Source of the DNA: Folioceros fuciformis
Taxonomy: Eukaryota
Direction: 5' to 3'
Assembly: GCA_049999805.1 (NCBI GenBank)
Contig: JBNGIO010006336.1
Location: 1-64,000, forward strand
DNA length: 64,000 nt
Shown here piece after piece: positions 25,001-35,834 of the stretch. The position numbers and the translations under genes were made by a program. Positions within the stretch are counted from its first letter, which is position 1, and each line of letters begins with the position of its first letter. Under the pieces are notes generated by a model. It had not been told where the DNA came from. It saw nothing but the letters and a program-made list of their open reading frames with translations, and ran no database searches.

Positions 25001-26074
25001 ACTGGAGCTCTGCATCAGGGGAGGCAGCTTCATTCTCTGATCCAGGACGAAGGACTTGAAGCCAACGTTTTGGTCGGCAGCAGCCTTGTCGACATGTATG
25101 CAAAGTGTGGCAGCATGGAGGATGCGCAGGAACTGTTCGACAGACTGCCGACGAGAGATGTGGTGACTTGGACTGCTATGCTGAATGGTTATGGGCAGCA
25201 AAATGACGTGGAAGCTGCAATCCAGTGTTTCAAAGCGATGCAGCACCACGGAGTTGAGCCCAACGGTGCCACTTTCCTGTGCCTTCTCGTGGCCTGCAGC
25301 CACGCGGGTCTCGTGAAAGAGGGTCAGCAGTATTTCAAGATGATGGAAGAGGCTCACGGCATCACACCGTCTGTTCATCACTATAATTCCATGGTCGATC
25401 TTCTCGGCCGATCAGGAAACCTTGACGAAGCAGAAAACATGCTGGAGAGTATTCCTATCAAGGACAACGATGTTGGGTGGACATCTTTGCTCAGTGCGTG
25501 TAAAGCCCATGGTGATGTAGGGCGAGGAGAGAGATGTTTCAACCGGCTTGTGGAAATGGGACCTGGAAACGCACCCGCTTATGCACTCTTGGCTAGCATC
25601 TACTCCCATGCTGGGATGTGGGGTGATGTAGAAAGGATAGAAAGCCTGAGGAAAAGTGCAGGAGCTTACAAAGTGCCTGCAAGGGCTTGCATTGAGATCA
25701 ACAGCACAGTGCACAAGTTTATTGTTGGGGGTGGTAGAGACGACACGTCCTCAAAGCTTAAGAGTGTTAACTCAAGGTTGAAGGAGGGAGAGGGCCATGC
25801 ACCTCAAACACAACTGCTTGCCAAGCCAGAGTCTGACACAAGGAACGAGGATACCTTATGTGGCCATGCTGAGAAACTAGCTCTGGCCTTCGGACTCCTC
25901 AACACTGCAGAAGGCACCTCCTTGCTGGTGACAAAGAACCTTCGAATGTGCGATGACTGCCACAACGGCACCAAGATCATGTCCAAGCTCGAGAAGCGAG
26001 AGATCGTCGTAAGAGATGCCCACCGGGTGCACCATTTTGTAGATGGCTTGTGCTCTTGTGGGGATCGTCACTGA
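22016..26074 (+). CDS. PLS-class pentatricopeptide repeat protein with E1/E2 and variant DYW (DYW:KP, 'DRH' terminus) domain; organellar RNA-editing factor
   Basis: Uninterrupted 1352-aa ORF with 10 S motifs (LV[DE]MY.KC) in P-L-S triplets, then P2-L2-S2-E1-E2. The C-terminus is KVPARACIE...HAEKLALAFG...LLVTKNLRMCDDCH...HHFVDGLCSCGDRH. The Ser/Arg-rich N-terminus resembles a targeting peptide. Confidence 0.97.
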   Translation: MPATSSRRTGTRMLFSLARSFSSIAPSSRSLSPVHPFCQPTRGQGFELYRHLRQTAVKPTNRVLVAVLKACGGAADLAAGKQVHADILGRFLNPSLGVGNGLVEMYAKCGSLEDARRVFDTLPSRNVVTWNFMIAGYAKHGLGREALSLYERMQHEGITHANDVTFVSLLRACASIGALCEGKKLHLQIRERELEANVIVGNCLVDMYAKCGSVEDARRLFDRLPVKDVVTWNAMLAGYARYGLGHDALTLFGSMQRHGIVVADKVTFVSLLKACASVAALSEGKDLHFQIQERGLEADVVVGSSLVDMYAKCSSLGEARKVFDSLHAKNLVTWNAMLAGYVQHGLAEEALALYANMQQEEDTRAAPDHVTFVCLLKACASVRALHEGKQFHLQIRNRGLESDLVVGSSLLDMYTKCGSLEDARRVFDRLPVKNVVTWNAMIAGYAQQGLVREGLILYKRMQQEGIFSADYGPLLSLLKACSRDGGGLGDARHLHTFVQETGLDVDVVVGRSLVDMYAKCGSVQDARKVFDQMPSRDVVAWTVMIAAYAQHGLGAEALNLYSRMQLEGISLADNVTFVCLLKACASIGPSALHEGQQLHLQIQERGFDAYVAVGSSLVDMYAKCGSLRDARRVFDGLLGKDVVTWNAMIAGYVQHGIGQEALALYANTQREGIDLADNVSFVLLLKACASLGAVGLCKGKELHDKIRERGLEANAVISSALVDMFAKCGSVQEARTMFDKVRARHGVTWNTMLAAYAHHGLVNEAMALYTEMPQDCVGLSTFACLLKACGSAGAIHQGRQLHLQLQHRGLDDDLVAVTALVDMYAKCGALDHARRVFDKLPSKSVAVWNAMISGCVQYGNGQEALLLFSRMQQEGICLADIASFAQLLNVCASLGALSKGRELHCTIQERGLESDGIIGSSLVDMYAKCGALDEARSVFDRLPSKDLVTWTAMISGYDQQDLGHDALRLFSRMCVDGIHPTDHVAFICLLRACASTGALHQGRQLHSLIQDEGLEANVLVGSSLVDMYAKCGSMEDAQELFDRLPTRDVVTWTAMLNGYGQQNDVEAAIQCFKAMQHHGVEPNGATFLCLLVACSHAGLVKEGQQYFKMMEEAHGITPSVHHYNSMVDLLGRSGNLDEAENMLESIPIKDNDVGWTSLLSACKAHGDVGRGERCFNRLVEMGPGNAPAYALLASIYSHAGMWGDVERIESLRKSAGAYKVPARACIEINSTVHKFIVGGGRDDTSSKLKSVNSRLKEGEGHAPQTQLLAKPESDTRNEDTLCGHAEKLALAFGLLNTAEGTSLLVTKNLRMCDDCHNGTKIMSKLEKREIVVRDAHRVHHFVDGLCSCGDRH

Positions 26075-27996
26075 TCAGCTTCTGATGATAGAAAGGTCCA
26101 CAAAAATCTCTAGAGCCTCCCTTGCGTCCCGCCATAGAGTAATTTGCCACGCCGTAAAAGAAATGTCTTCACAGACGTGGGGCCTCGTTTCGCTGCCATT
26201 GCCAGCCTGGCCTGAAAGTCTTTACAGCCTTTCCTCCTTTTTTGCTCTGCCTTTGAAGAAAGTCTTTCAGCCTCAGCCATTCCCTTTCTCGCCCGCCTCC
26301 TTTTCCTCTCCTCGCCAAGCTTCCCCTCGCAGACCAAAGCGATGCTGTGCTGTGATCCTATATTCCGTTGCCGAGAACTTCACAGGGAGCCTGCGTAGTT
26401 AAACTCATGTTGGCTATCTGCTTGGCCCCTTCATCTCCCAACGTGTCTGGCAACACCAGCCTTTCTCCTCTGTTGTGGAGGTTTTGTTGTCACCGACACA
26501 GTTGGGTGATGAAGCTGCTAAACAGCTATTTGACATGACGAGCACCTCGACCAGACGTGCCAGACGCTCCCCAGCTCCTTGCAGCTGGTTTCGCATCCTC
26601 GCATCTGTGGTGAAGTTCGGTGTCTGCGCTCTGATCCATCAAACGTTAGTCCGCATCTTGAGAAGGTGTTGTCGGTTCGTCAGAGACTGTTTCCACGAAA
26701 TTCCTACAGGGACTTGTTGTAGCCACCCTGCCATCTCACTGCAACTGCTTCTTCTGTGCAGGATTTGCTACCTGCGATCAACTCAATCGTGCGAGGCTCA
26801 CGCTTTTCAGGCTTGGTCAGGGCAGGACGCACCTTCAATAAAGCGCTGTCGTTTTAAGATCTGCACTGTTTGGTGTGGTTCTTAGGTTCTCTGCAGAATT
26901 CTCAGACGTTTGCAGAGCACAGATTGTTTGGTTGGCAAGCATGTAACAACAAGCTTGCATGGTGTTTTGGGCGAACATAATCTGCGTCACAAGCCCGAGC
27001 ATGATGCATCTCGTGGCCTTTCTGTGAATCCCGTTCCTACAATCTAAAGCAGGGAACAGCGGAAGCTCCCCAATACAACACAATCCTCACACGAATTCGC
27101 GTACTGCTGAATCCGAAAACAATAATATCGGGAATGGAAAACTCCTTTCAACGAGGCTGTGTCGGCCAAAATAGAGACCTGGGGGACCTGTGTAGGCAGG
27201 GCAGCGTGAGAAGGGAGACAATTCAAATATTTACGGACTTGTATGGATCAGCCGCAATCCCAAAGGCAAGATTGTCGAAGCCACGCGAATAAGCGGGACT
27301 TTGGAAAGCAGGGCAAGCAGAGCAGGACATGGCGCGGAGAGCTACCAGTGATGAGGTGAGTACTTACAATGATGGCGGAGGAAGGTGGGAATCGCAGCCT
27401 CGATTACAAAATGGAAGTACGCCATGCGAGGTATCATTCTTTGCCAGAGTTCAGTAAACCAACCTAAGTAAAAGCACCGTCCCTCGACCAACTCCCACCC
27501 GCTGTCCAAGCATTTGGTAGCAAAAAGGTTGAATGTAAGCAAATCGCAAGCATGGCAAGGAGAGGGAAGGGAAGCGAGGTGCGGAACGCGAGCAGGTAGA
27601 GCCTAAGAGCAGGGTTATGCCTTGTCTAATATATCTTTGTCTTCTTCAACCCGGTACATACTGTATTCTGAGCCATTGGCGGCTGCAATAAAGCCTTACT
27701 GAGTTCCTTGTTGCCATTTGGCTCTCTCTCAGCGGAAGGAAGCTCGCAGCCTCAGCTTCGCAGCTTTCTAAGAAGCTTCCATTCTGGTGCTCCTGCGTCC
27801 TCTCGCTGGTCCATGCTCGTCCTGTACCAGTCGCGTCGTCGGAGAATCTTCTGCATGCTGCGCTCTGTTTGCCAATTGCTTTCTGCCGAGAAAAGCACGT
27901 CGCTTCATTTGCGTCATCACCAAGAGAAAGGAAAACAGAGCAAGCCAAGCCACGCAGAGCAGAGCAGACAAAGAGCAGCGCTGAGCGGAGAAGAAG

Positions 27997-28413
27997 ATGA
28001 AGAAGCTGGCAAGAGCGAAAGGCAAGGACAGGCAGGCCAGCAGCTCAGCTACTGGAAGCATCCAAGATCCCGATTCTCACGAGGATGACACCTCCACCTC
28101 CGCTCAGGTGACTGGCATACCCGCCAATTCGATCTCCATGTACGCGCGCTTTCACTTGGCGCCTTGCTTGGAGCTTCCTGTGTTGCATTTTTCACAATTC
28201 TGCAAGCTTCTTCTAACAAGACCGCAACTCCGGCTTGTGCAGACGAGAGCATGCGCGCCGCATAATTCCAACTCGCATTTGGTGCACTACTCGGACAGAA
28301 GCGAGTTGAGGCGCATCTGCGTGGTCTGCAGCAAGCGGCAACACTTCTACTGTCCGTCGTGCAACAGCTTCATGTGCCTCGGCCCCTGCTTTGTCAAGCA
28401 TCACTCCGGATGA
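27997..28413 (+). CDS. Small Cys/His zinc-finger protein resembling the piggyBac transposase C-terminal Cys-rich domain, copy 1; exons 27997-28107 and 28243-28413 (93 aa)
   Basis: HL...RRICVVC-x7-CPSC-x4-CLGPCFVKHH. The exons are near-identical in protein to copy 2 while the GT-AG-bounded interval between them is unrelated. Confidence 0.82.
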   Translation: MKKLARAKGKDRQASSSATGSIQDPDSHEDDTSTSAQVTGIPANSISMYARFHLAPCLELPVLHFSQFCKLLLTRPQLRLVQTRACAPHNSNSHLVHYSDRSELRRICVVCSKRQHFYCPSCNSFMCLGPCFVKHHSG

Positions 28414-30375
28414 GCTGAGGATTCAGGCTGTTAGCGGCCAATGCATCCGATTCTTTCCTCTTCCGCGTCCTCCTCCTGGCACTGCCTGATCAGCGAGGCT
28501 AGGCACTGGACGCCCGCCCCGAGCATCGGCGCATAGCAATTTTGGGTACGCATTCAATTTCTATCCAATCTTCTGGAGAGGGAGGAGCATCCAGAGAAGC
28601 ATTCGAAATGTAAAAGTCAGTATACCTTAGAGCCACCATTCCCGCCTCGTGCAGGCTCAGGCGTCCTGGCCTTCAATCCGTCGGAGTAGGACAGCACGAA
28701 TCATCCTGTTCAGCAGCTGGTACCAGTGCTGGAAATGGTGCGTCCTCATCCACAACCTTGTCCTGTACATTCATTCCTCCACTCTCGATGCTTCATATTA
28801 CGAAGAAGCAGTAGGCCGTCCACCTCAAGCGCAGCAGTGCAACACTTTCTTTTAGCTCAAGATTGTCAGATTTTATTTCGTTCGTGGTGAACTTGTGACA
28901 TTCGTATCTCGATTCTGTTGTCTTGGCAATGCCTTCCTCTACACAAGGGCCATGGCAGTTGTCTCTGAGTTGCGATCTGGCATTGGTTACTATTATTTTT
29001 TGTCCTGAGGACTCAGGACGGTGTGGCTCACGACACTCGCATTCACAGCTGCTCGCTGTGTCCACACAAATCGCGAGCACTCCTTGTCATCTTTGGACAC
29101 ATGTTGGCACTGCCAATTATCTACAATATACTGTCCCCTCCTGGATACGAGTCTATCCATGCCACCAGCTGTTGTAACAGCGTGCAAAATATGCAAAAAC
29201 CAAAGGTGGTAAGGTAACGCATGCACTTGGGGGCTATACAAAGGGTAGGTGTCCAATCGGGCAGCGGCGGGCATTGATGAAGACGAGAATATTATGTTTT
29301 GGCTAAATTTATAATAAGCAGGGCTGATGCTGAGCTTGTGGGATGGCAGCCTGTAAGTGGCCGCTGGCAAAAGAAGAGGCAAAGGGCAATCATCACGCTG
29401 CTCCGTTCACGTTTGCTCTTAGCGCCTCTCGGCCTTGGTACGCGCCCTCATTAATTGTATTGTGGTCCCAGGCCCCTTAATTGTGCATGATTATCCTGCG
29501 GGCTTCCTTAAAGCCCTGCACATGTCTGCCAACAAACACCAACTCTTGTGTGTGTATCCAGATGCCATAGGAGAGCCCACTCAAGGTAATGTTTTGCTGT
29601 TGTAACTTCCTTCCCCGATAATCCAATTTGGGAGCTGTTCTTGATGTGTCAATGGCTGATTCTTGCAGGTAAGGTATGGCAAGCCGAGGACTCTTATTCA
29701 CTTTGCTCACACTAATGACAGAGACTTAAAATTGAGTGACTCAAATTGAGTGGCTTGAGTGGCGAGTGGTGGAATGGAAGGCAGGGGGGTTGGGGTGATA
29801 ACCGAGGCCCAGGCTTTAATGAGCACGCAACGGCATTTAGTGCAAGCAGGCTAAATATACATACGTATAAAGAGGAAGCATTCAGCGGTGCCGCTAATCC
29901 TGCTGATATTGTGGCAGCGGGAGGCAGCCCGAATCGGGACGCGGCCCAGTTTGGGCCGCGTTTCCGCCCACCTGCATCTGTCGTATGCGTGGGAATGGCA
30001 AGCAATGATGCAGCAATCCAGGGAGCGGGGTCACATGCGCAGCGGTGGGCTCGGCCCACAGTTGGCCGCGCCTGGACGCAACCAGTTTCCCTTCCACGGA
30101 CTGCCACTCGCTCGCTCGATCACTCATTCGAGGTAAGGTGGATTGTATACAGCCCCGCGTGTACCCGACTCACATTCGCCCTGCCCCCTTTGCCCACATC
30201 AATTCCCGCACCACATGTTTCTGCCGCGCGCTCCACCCTGCGCTTTTCGCACTATTGCACCCTCGCCCGCTGCACTTGCCTAATAACCAGCCCTCCCTGC
30301 CTTTGGCCCTGCTATGTCACTCTCTCGCCGGTACATGAGGCCCCTCCCTGGTAACCACCACCGTCTCTTTCCGAA

Positions 30376-30420
30376 CCACACCACACCACACCACACCACA
30401 CCACACCACACCACACCACA
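30376..30420. repeat. (CACAC)n microsatellite
   Basis: About 9 tandem ccaca units. Confidence 0.95.
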
Positions 30421-30859
30421 TCGCCCGGCAAGGATCATAACACCAACTTAATCTGAAGCCGAACGAACCCTGAATGCCTATTTAACCACTCCGATTATGA
30501 ATGAGATAATGGCTTGGAAAGTGACGACCAAAAAGAGGAAGAAAGAGAGATTTATTTTTGGAGAGATACACTTTTTGGAGACATAAGGTTTCTCATCTTA
30601 ATAATTATTTAGAAGGCTATCACATTTGTCTAATAAGAACTCCATTATTTAGTAAGTGTGTTTGTCAGTGAACTCATGAAGCAAAATGATCTTATAATCT
30701 CCTTTGATAGATGCTACTCAGGAAGAATGATAGATTACAAAATCCACAATACTTCAAGACCTAATTCGATGTGTGGACAGATGAAGACAAGCAACTTTGT
30801 AGAGGGTTTTTGTTGTTGTCTGGTGGTGTTGTTGTTGTTGCTTCTTTGTTTGAAATCAA

Positions 30860-30996
30860 GCTTACAAAGAGCAGAACCGGAATTGGATGTTGCTTTAACT
30901 ATTGTTGTTGCTTCTTTGTTTGAGATCGAGCTTACAAAGATCAGAGCGGAATTGGACGTTGAGCTTACAAAGATCAGAGCAGAATTGGATGTTGCT
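30860..30996. repeat. About 33-bp motif in 3 copies within an AT-rich block
   Basis: agcttacaaaga(t)cagagc.gaattgga.gtt occurs at about 30860, 30929 and 30962. Confidence 0.8.
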
Positions 30997-31528
30997 TGAA
31001 CTATTCTTGTCACAGCCCCGTTTCAATCATTCTTCAAGGCACACTCGTGCTACTACTATGTAGTGGACAAGTGGAAGGATGACAAGTTACTTAGTGGCCT
31101 AGTATTAGTGTCTGTACTATTGTTGCCGCACATTCATAGTCTGTGAGTGGAAGGATAACAAGCTCCTAGGAGGCCTTGCATTGGCGTTGTTGTTTCTATC
31201 CTTGTGTCTCCTAGTACAAGATTGTGGAAACAGAAGTTGTTGTGTTGATTGTTTTTGTCATTGCCTTGCTTCCATTGCCTCTAAAGCATCCTTCCAAGCA
31301 TACTATAGCTTCTCAATCACATCCAAAATTACAGTCCAAGCTGGTCTTGCCTCACAACACAAGGGTTGCTAAAATGTGAGTTGAAAAAACAATCCGTGTC
31401 ACAAGTTGTATAGAAGACGCATAAACAGTGGAGACGTAAGGAAGGAAGGATGGGGTTGGAATGTGTCCTACTTCATGGAGCTTCGTGTGTGTTGAGGTGC
31501 GCGGCCTGGTGGCTGGCTGGTCGGTGAG

Positions 31529-31612
31529 CAGGGACAGGGACAGGGACAGGGACAGGAACACGGACGGGGACAGGGAAAGGGAAAGGGAAAGCGAAAGGGG
31601 AAAGGGAAGGGG
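31529..31612. repeat. (GGGACA/GGGAAA)n purine-rich microsatellite
   Basis: Hexamer run read directly from the sequence. Confidence 0.9.
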
Positions 31613-32445
31613 ATGCATGGATATCATACTTGCGGAATATATATGTACATGTGTGTGTGGATCGCTGGATCTGCGGGTGAGCAGCCTGGCCAGTGAGCAT
31701 TTGGCTCTGCGCTCTGCCTCCAATCCGGTAAAATTGTTTGCAAGCATTGAATGGCATAGTTTCCGGCGCCGCCGGACGAGGGTTGCCGGCTGGCCTGGCC
31801 TGGCCTGGCCTGAGGAGGCCCTGGGACCTGGATGCCTGCCGCCTCGAGGTCGAGGTCGAGGTCGAGCGCGGGATCGGGCTCGGGCTCGGCCAGCCGCCTC
31901 GGGCATACCCAAAGACGGCGCGGGTGGGCCCTCCTGGTTCCGTTAGCGGCAATCGGGGGCTGGCCGGGGGCTCCGGCTCTGCGTCTCTGACAGCCACGCG
32001 GCGCTCGCCTCCCCTCCCCTCCACTCTACTCTCGAGATGTGTCTCGGTTGACCTGCCTACCATCCATCCATACATCCATACATGCATGCACATCCCCTTC
32101 CTTCCCTAAACCCACTACATATCTCCCTCGTACGGCACATGAAGCCTCCAGGAGAGCCAGCCACACTATGAGCATAAAACTCACATAACAATAATAATAT
32201 TATAATGGGCCTATTTAACCGGAGCGCGGCGGTTGAGATGGCCCGTACGTCGTGTCACGGGGCAACGGTATTCGTACCTGGGTTTTGGTTTTGTTCGCAG
32301 CCCAAACCGGGATGCCCGGCTGCCCCCTGCCCTCCTTCCTCTTCCTTCCGTTCCGTCAGAAAAACATCCACTCGGTCGTGAAGAAAAAGGAAGGAAGGAA
32401 GTAAGTAAGGTAGCAAGGCCTGATACATGACAATAGCAGCCCAAG

Positions 32446-32491
<46 letters not shown>
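32446..32491. repeat. (CCAG)n microsatellite
   Basis: About 11 gcca units. Confidence 0.95.
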
Positions 32492-33187
32492 TTCCCGCTT
32501 CTTGGTGCCGCCACACAGGCTCTCTCTTTGTGTCCCTCTGAGCCAGCACGCCGTTCCGTTTGCCTGTGGCTGCTGGCTGTGCTGTGCTGTGGTGGAGCAG
32601 AATGGCCGTACGCGCTCCTGCCTGCTTCACGACGGGCCGGTGGGTGTGAAGCGCTTCGGGGGAGGCCTGTCATGCCCACAGTACCATTCTGCATTTCAAT
32701 ACGCGGCGGCTCATTTAAGACGAACTCAGCTCTTCGGCGGGTCGCGCGGGGCGTTGGAACTCGCTACGGCCTCCAACATCTTCTTCTTATTTACAACTTA
32801 CGCTCGCTACCTCCCCTCGCTCGCTGCCTTCACGCTCCGCGGCCCCCGCCACCGCTCGCCACCCCCAGCCAGCCAGCCAGCCAACTCCCTGCTGCGCCTC
32901 GCCTCTCTCGGAGAGCCGCCGCCCTGGGCTCCGCTGCCGCCCGCTCCCGCAGCCTCGCCTCGCCTCGGTCTGCTCTGCTCTGCTCTGCTCTGCCCTGTTG
33001 CTGCGCCTGCTCCTCACATGCTTCACGCTACTCATTCCTGACGCCACGCCACGCCTGCTGGCTTCCCCCTCGCGACGCCGCCGGCTTATCGGAATTGGCG
33101 CCGCTTCTTGCGCCCGCGCTCCACCTCTCCTCTGCACCAGCTCCTCCTCCAGCTCTGAAGTTGCTGCTGCCTCCAGAGTCTAGGAGG

Positions 33188-33583
33188 ATGAAGAAGTTGG
33201 CCAGAGCCAAGGCCAAGGACAGGCAAGCTACCAGCTCCGCCACAGGCAGCATACAGGACCACGACTCGCACGATGACGACTCCTCCACTCACGAATCCGC
33301 TCCGGTGATGTCTCAGTCTGCTCTGCTCTGCTTTGCCCTGCCCTGCTCTTTGTACCTCCGCTCTGCCGCGCTGCTCTCTTCTCATAATTCTCGCTCCGCT
33401 CGCCCTGCGCAGATGAGGACGTGCGGCCCGCACAACGTGAACCCGCATTTGGTGCACTACTCCGACAGAAGTGAGCTGAGGCGGATTTGCGTCGTGTGCA
33501 GCAAGAGGCAGCATTTCTACTGCCCCTCTTGCAACAGCTTTATGTGCCTCGGCCCCTGCTTCGTCAAGCATCACTCCTCCTGA
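33188..33583 (+). CDS. Small Cys/His zinc-finger protein resembling the piggyBac C-terminal Cys-rich domain, copy 2; exons 33188-33304 and 33413-33583 (95 aa)
   Basis: MKKLARAKAKDRQATSSATGSIQD... plus a zinc-finger exon identical to copy 1 over 44 aa. Homology to copy 1 starts exactly at this ATG. Confidence 0.82.
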   Translation: MKKLARAKAKDRQATSSATGSIQDHDSHDDDSSTHESAPVMSQSALLCFALPCSLYLRSAALLSSHNSRSARPAQMRTCGPHNVNPHLVHYSDRSELRRICVVCSKRQHFYCPSCNSFMCLGPCFVKHHSS

Positions 33584-35834
33584 CCGGCTGTCGCCTCATT
33601 TGGCTCTATCACATTTGCTGTGCCCCCGGCCCTGGAGGGGGGAAATCTCCGTGATCCAGACCCTGCGTATCCGTTCTCCCTCGAACATTTTGACAAGGGA
33701 GAGCAAGTGTTTACAGCTTTTGTCGCGGAATCTTGGTGCCGTTCCTCCTCCCCTATGAGGAGTTCTCCTTTGGACCGGTGTCGGCGCGGGGAGCGGGATT
33801 AAGGTCCACATTTCATTTTTTTTTTTGTAACGGATGTGGCTTATAGGAGGCTTCTGCCTTTCCGAAGAGAAGTAGTAGACACAGGACGAGAGCACAAGTG
33901 TGCCGAGTTGAGAGGTTCAGACATGCCTCCACATGCATCTTCTGAATCGTACTTCCAGCATTGCACTTAGGATACATGTACATACAACTTCCAACTCGGA
34001 GCTTAGTAACAGCAGCAGGAAACAACGAAATTGAAACTGCGTGGTTGTCCACATCTCTTTTCATTTGCTTTCAAATTCGTCGCACCGTGTGTCTCGCAAC
34101 GAATTTCCTTCCAGGCCCTCTTCCATTCCTTTCTTGCTGCTGTCTGCGAGATGCTTGCGATCTCAGCTTCCGACGACCACAGTCCCAGAGTCATCGGATG
34201 TTACACACACTCGATTGGGGGCCAGCCGACTGCGTGGGATCCCTCAACCGTCACCACATACTTTGGAGGTGACTTATCTTCTGTACTTTCCATGACTGAT
34301 GGGGACTCACTACTTCCATGGACTCGGCGAGGACAGTCAGTCAGCACAACAATTATAGCATGATATCAGCCTTTGTGTGCATCTTCACGCCCCTGCGTGT
34401 GTGGATTCGCAGCAACGGCAAAGGATATGCGGTCACTTGTAGACAGGCTGCTGTTCCTCGCCCTTGTCTGCCTTTCATCATCAGCTGCACCCAGCTTTGC
34501 TATGCGCTGCGCTGCTCAGTCTGCCATGGAGGAAGTGTAGCAGTACCGCAGCACGCGGGTAAGCAGCAAGGCACGACAACAGACATGATTCTTCTCAATC
34601 GTGGCCTCCACCCGATATATGTCGGCAGCAGGAAGCCCAATTTGATGCAGCGACGCAGGCTTCATTCAGCCTCGGATGCTTCCCTGGTACGTAGCAGGAA
34701 CACGTAATGATGGCGACGACGCGCAACGCTCCAGCCAGCGCCGCGCCGCCTCCTGTCGGGATGACGGAGATGGAGAAGGCAGGACTCAAGTTCCCCGTGA
34801 GCGCAAACAGGTCCTGCCGGATACGTTTGGACTCTTGTGCGTGCTTCAACAGCACCACCTCTAATTTCCTTTTTCCATGCATCACCTGTGCGATTGGTGT
34901 GCTGCCAGATCCTTGCTGCGCCGGAAGCCATTGGAAGCGCAGCGCGGCGCATGCATTCATCACGTCTTTCCGCCTTTTTGTCGGTTGTCCTTTCTCCACA
35001 CTCCTCCTCCACAGGCGTATGCCAGATGTATCCCGCTGGACTGCAGGCTGTAATCGCTGCCTCCGGCTCCGACCTTTCTATCATATGTTGTGGCTTCGCA
35101 CAGGCGCTCTCATTGATTGCATGCGCTTCATCATGCAGGTGTGTTTTCCAAGTTCCTCCTTCAACCCTCAACAAATCAGGGTCTCGTTTAACACTGGGTA
35201 TCGGATCGGATACCCTCAACACTCCTCAAACTACTTACTCCACGGGGAGGAATCATTAGTCGTAAGAAGTTGGAACCTGGTGCGTTGCAAGTCTTGTATG
35301 CATAACCTTCTGTTTTGCGTCTTTCCATGTGTCATAAATTACCCGGATGGCGTGGGTACTACGGTTGAAATCAACCCCTTGTTTCTCATTGCTGCTTACA
35401 AGAAGGTGGTCTATCTGAAACCAGGTTTGCCTAAGTAAGCGTGTGAGTGAGTAGTGGCCAATCTTCTTCTTGAGGTCTGTGGCTTTCACAGGATCCTGTC
35501 TCGTGAGCCCTCTGCTCATTGTTCGAAGATGCAAGCCCTGATGGATCGCCCCTCCCACCCTGCAGTCCGGTAAATTTTCAACCTGAAAGCAAAATGCAGC
35601 ACCTTGCCTTGGGTTTCAACTTGAACAGGACTGTTCCGCTTGGCACAGAAAATACGAGGTGCACACTCTTCATGCGCTATCTGAAATTCCACCCTGCTTT
35701 TGTGAATGCTCCTGTCACCACTTATTGCCAGGCAAGGTCGGGGCAACGAGGAATCCTAGCGCCTCGAAAGTATCAAGCCTAGACATTTAAGCCCTTACTT
35801 TAAGTTTTTGCCACGTTGGATTGTGTTACAGGAT

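Noticed and set aside
31352-32109. Overlapping ORFs with RD/RE and RGRGRARDR repeats
   Set aside because: They are translations of microsatellites in GC-rich DNA, open in several frames.
31595-32110. Possible miRNA-like fold-back (agggaaggggatgcatgg / catgcacatccccttccttccct)
   Set aside because: The complementarity is short and low-complexity, and I recognised no conserved miRNA sequence.
32528-33187. N-terminal 220 aa of the 351-aa ORF
   Set aside because: It is low-complexity GC-rich sequence with a GTG start, and homology with the paralogue begins only at ATG 33188. It is likely UTR/intron.
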